A DNA stretch of 63,191 nt, the filler included, from Reclinomonas americana ATCC 50394 (lineage: Eukaryota): NCBI GenBank assembly GCA_048213135.1. It is 12 parts of 12 records of this genome, joined end to end, with 100 filler letters (N's around TTAATTAATTAA, not from the genome) between each part and the next. Parts side by side here need not be neighbours in the genome. Positions count along the whole stretch, not along the records: positions 52,020 to 61,054 come from AFZH01017390.1; positions 61,155 to 63,191 come from AFZH01017391.1; 10 more parts are not named here. One strand, 5' to 3'. Numbering within the stretch: the first letter of the stretch is position 1; each line of letters starts with the position of its first letter. The notes under the pieces were generated by a model. The model did no database searches. It was not told the origin of the DNA and saw only the letters and a list, made by a program, of their open reading frames with translations. Both the position numbers and the translations under genes were made by a program. Positions 59,401 through 63,191 of the stretch are shown one piece after another.

Positions 59401-62400
59401 GCATGCTGGCCTCCGGCTCGCTCGTGCGGATTGGAGACAGATCCTTAAAGTCGTCACGAGAACGCTCTGACGGCGCCGGCGACAGTAATCTCAAGTCGCG
59501 AATGTCGGCTGCGGGGTGACAAAGTCAGCAACCGTCACACGTGACGCGACTGCACGGCACACGCAGTGGTGCACTCACGTGAAGCAACCGAGTTGGCGTT
59601 GAGACCATGCACATCGGCTGCGGGAAAAACGCAGTCAGCTACAGACAGAATGCAACACCGACCGCCAAAGCAAGCATCCACAAACGCACGTGATGCACCA
59701 CCGAAACTGTACTCGCGGATTTGCTCGGCTGCAGAGCGATCGGTCAGCAAGCGAGCGAAAACACCAAGACATACCAAGCGAGCAACGCAACGAGAGCGAG
59801 GCACTGTCGGCACAGCACCGATGCGCCCTGGCTTGTCTGGCGACCACGATGACAGACCTGGCACACACAAATGACAGAGAGCGTCGTCAGCCAACCACCG
59901 AGATCATACAACAACCACCCTGTGCATACAAACACACACCAGCTGCCGAATAATCGGCCAGACGGGCGCCGAGTCCTCGGCTACCAGTGGCCACTGGAGC
60001 AGCAGGTGCGCCAGCGCCAGCGGTGGTGGCTGGAACGGTGGTGACCGTGGGCATGGTGGCAGCCAAGGAAAGTGATGCTGGTTTGGCCGCTGTGCTGCCA
60101 TCGCTGGCCGGTCGCAGAGACATTGACAGGACGCGATCGGCAGGCGGCTCGATCCTCATGGCCGCTGCCTTTGGCACCGAGGAGGCCTCGACGGTACTCG
60201 GCGGCGACGTCTCGCGTGCCTGTGCGCGACGTGCCTCGGCGCGACTGAGCACCTCCGCCACGCGGCTGGAGGCACCGTCGACATCCGACGCCGACGCCGA
60301 CGGGGGTCGCCGATTGGACAGCAACCGGCGTCGTGTGTCCTCCGCCGGTTTCACCACCACCGGCTTGGCGGTAGTCGCATCGGCAGCTGCGGCGGCGGAA
60401 CGCGGACTCCACGGCCGTTGTGGCGGCGAGCTGTTACGTGGAACCACCGGCACAGGAATGGCGGTGGCCGCACGCGGGCTTCGCGGTGAGAGCGAGTTGC
60501 GCCACCGAGCACGATCGTCGAGTGCCTCGTCCGGAGGTGGCATGTACGCGCGAACTGCGGGGGCATGCTGCAGCTCGCTCTCCAGTCTTCTGATTTCGGC
60601 GTCTCGGCGCGCGGCAACCACACGTGCCGACGCCAGAGCATCGTCATGTGCAGTCGGCGGCGGTGACAACTGTGCTGTTCGTTCCTCGCGAGACCTATGC
60701 GGTGGCGTTGGCGGCCGAACGATTTCGTCGGCCACCAGATCACGCGCCGCATCGACATCGTCGTCCTCGTTTTCGTCCTCCTCGGGCTGCTGCTACCATG
60801 ATCAGCAACAGAGAAACTCAAAACAAAATTGACTGCAACAATGGCGACGCACCCTTGAGGCTTCCACCTCTGTACTCTCGTCTTCGTCGGCGAGGATTCC
60901 GTCATTGTCAAAGTAGGCCTTGCGTCGAGCGACCACTGGCGATGGAGTGGGTGGTTGCAGGGCGGACGACGCTGCTGCTGACGCTGCTGCCGCTGCAGCA
61001 CCAGAACTGCCGCGACCCACGAAATGCCGTGAGGGCGTGGCCTCGGGTGACATTNNNNNNNNNNNNNNNNNNNNNNNNNNNNNNNNNNNNNNNNNNNNTT
61101 AATTAATTAANNNNNNNNNNNNNNNNNNNNNNNNNNNNNNNNNNNNNNNNNNNNCTTCTGCCTCCACGTACTCCTCGTCGGAGGCCAGCTCTCCGTACTC
61201 GTCCTGATCCTCGTCGTAGCCGACTTGGATAGACGGATCGAATTTGACGCGTCGCGAGCGGCCCGCCACACGAGTCTTGTCGCGACGGAAGCGGAAGTTG
61301 GTGATGGTGGTGGGCACTGGATCGAGTGGGCTCTGCAGTCGAATAGGTTTGTGTCTGTTAATAACAAGAGGCTGGCAGACAAGTAGGCAAACAAGCGAGC
61401 GCGCACCTTGATCTGCTGGCGGAGGGCCGAAATCCAACTGTTGATGCCCGACCCATCGCCCACACGCTCAAACATGACAAACTCGCGACCGAGTTCATCG
61501 CGAATGCACATGCCGTTGCGGAAGTGCGACTCGGAACTCCACAGATCCACACGACAGCGCACCAGCGGAATGGTGCCCTTGTAAATGCCCTGTGTGCACA
61601 AAGTTTCGTGTGGGTAACGACAACAACGACGGTGGTGGTGGTGGAGGTGAAGTCGACGCACCCGCTCATCCTCGTAAAAGTGCAGGTTGCTGCCCATGAG
61701 CACAAACCAGCGATGCAGCCCCGATTCCTTCTTGATAAGGAAGCCCATCTTGAGTGCGGCCAGTGGAACCTCCTCCAGTGACGCAAATCGCTTCATGCGT
61801 TCCTGGTGCTGTTCCTCCGACTCCTGCTCACGAGAGACGCCCACGGTGAGAACGCCGTGCATTCCCTTTTGCAGAAGAAGTGCGCTGAGACAACGCACCA
61901 GTGCCTCCTGCTGGCGCACAATGGCCGTGATCCACTGCTGAATGCCCACATCACTGCGCGAGTCCTCAAACGCATACAGCGGCCGCGTGGGCGACACATG
62001 CACCACCATGCAGTTCGGTCGCACCACTGCCCTCTGCACCGGGCAACCCTGAATGTCCACGAATCCCGACGGCACCGTCGACTGCCACGAATGAAAAGAT
62101 GAGTGACAGAGAGCCGCCAACTCATTACCGCAGTGAACACGTACCGACTGCGACTTGTAATAGGCCAATCGTTCACCACGCAGCACAAACCATCGCTTCT
62201 TCCACTTTTTCGACGAGTGGCCTGTGTGATACCAGCACGAGCGAGCGTGTGTGTGAGAGAGAGAGAGAGCGAGTAAAACGAATTTGAGCGACAGCACTCC
62301 AGCGCACCCTGCTTGATCAGAAAGCCCTGCTTGACCACAGGCACACGCTGCGCAACAACATGCATGTCGCGTTAGCAACATGACGCCTCTCTCTCCCTCC

Positions 62401-62724
62401 CTCACTGTGTGCGTGACTCACCTTCAGATGATCATCTCCCATTGCGGATCCATTCTGCTGCTGTGCATGATGATGATGATGCTGCTGCTGCGCATGATGA
62501 TACTGCTGCTGTTGCTGCTGCTGCCCTCCTGACACAAAGGACGATGGCATGAGGGCGGGCGGGTGGTGCAATCCATGATGGTGGTCCATTGAAGATGATG
62601 AGGAGGGCGGTGGGAGCGCAGGGCTTGCACTGCTCGACTCCTCATCGTCGTCATCATCCTCGTCGCTACTCGACTGATGATGAATGTAGTGCGCAGAGCG
62701 GGGAGGCGCTGGATGGCCGTTCAT
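56497..62724 (-). CDS. Tandem PH domains plus C-terminal CAP-Gly protein (may be two genes; crosses linker 61055-61154)
   Basis: PH1 VKQGFLIKQG…WKKRWFVL…LAYY…WITAI; PH2 KMGFLIKK…RWFVL…LHFY…WISAL; CAP-Gly VGDRV…GVVRYIG…GVWVGVAL…GKNDGTVQGIRYFTCP…GLF; long Ser/Pro/Ala-rich linkers. Confidence 0.75.
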
Positions 62725-63191
62725 CTACCGCAACACACGCACGCACTCGCACGCACTCGGCACTCTCTCTCTTGGCTGTCAATGTCTGTTCGTGTGCACT
62801 GTCTTGCTTGCCACACGCAGCGCGCAATGAAGAAGCAACAGAGTGTGATCGCGCTGTGATCGGTCGGCGGTGGTGTGAGTCACAGCGTCGGTCGTGCAAT
62901 TCGCGCGCGCGCAAACCGTTGTCGAATGCGAAGTTCTTTTGAGTGGAAACGTGCGTGCGCGTGCGAGTTGTCTTTCGGCTCTTCAATTCCCATGTGCCCC
63001 TCCGCTTGCTGCATTCACGCAGCTCGTTGATATATCGATGAAAACGAACGCGCGCTGCGACGTTGCTGACATCGGCACCTGTGCATGCACGCAGGCGCGC
63101 ACCTAATCGCATGTGCCCATTTGCAACTGTGCGCCTTACTGCACTTGCACAGGATGCATGCATGCGCAACGTCGACAAAGGGTCCTGTTCG

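Larger units (their letters stand above)
4326..61154. other. Eleven artificial 100-nt contig linkers (N44-TTAATTAATTAA-N44)
   Basis: Identical spacers start at 4326, 12031, 19957, 21847, 26383, 28814, 31320, 39416, 41577, 51920, 61055; the core puts stops in all six frames. Confidence 0.99.

Noticed and set aside
4370..61110. Recurrent TTAATTAATTAA palindrome
   Set aside because: Always centred in 88 N; an assembly linker, not biology.
1..63191. Stop-codon reassignment or selenocysteine
   Set aside because: Stops in the ORF track fall in GT-AG introns; the reconstructed exons I checked have no internal stops and all three stop codons end genes.

Overview
GC-rich, very gene-dense, intron-rich nuclear DNA of a flagellated unicellular eukaryote (CFAP52 and CCDC40 present; standard genetic code, with TAA, TAG and TGA all used as stops). 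It is 12 contigs joined by 11 artificial 100-nt linkers (N44-TTAATTAATTAA-N44); several genes continue across linkers, so contig order looks real. I can support about 26 spliced protein genes, including a DHHC palmitoyltransferase, Mog1, a TPR protein, reticulon, CFAP52, RanBPM, a PARG-like hydrolase, a 38-aa OST4 missed by the ORF track, MTG1, a RimJ/RimL GNAT, an M20 peptidase, CCDC40, pyruvate kinase, SWEET, an ankyrin protein, an ART-like/B-box protein and a PH-PH/CAP-Gly protein. Most ORF-track entries are shadow frames or exon+intron read-throughs. The most striking signal is in splicing: about 33 introns use a donor GTTGCGY (also GTTGCAT/GTTGAGT), the usual GTGCGT/GTGAGT donor with one extra T, so the +5G/+6T signature sits at +6/+7. 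Also notable is a highly self-complementary intron at 14303-14500. Gene boundaries were assembled by eye and family calls come from motif recognition, not database searches.
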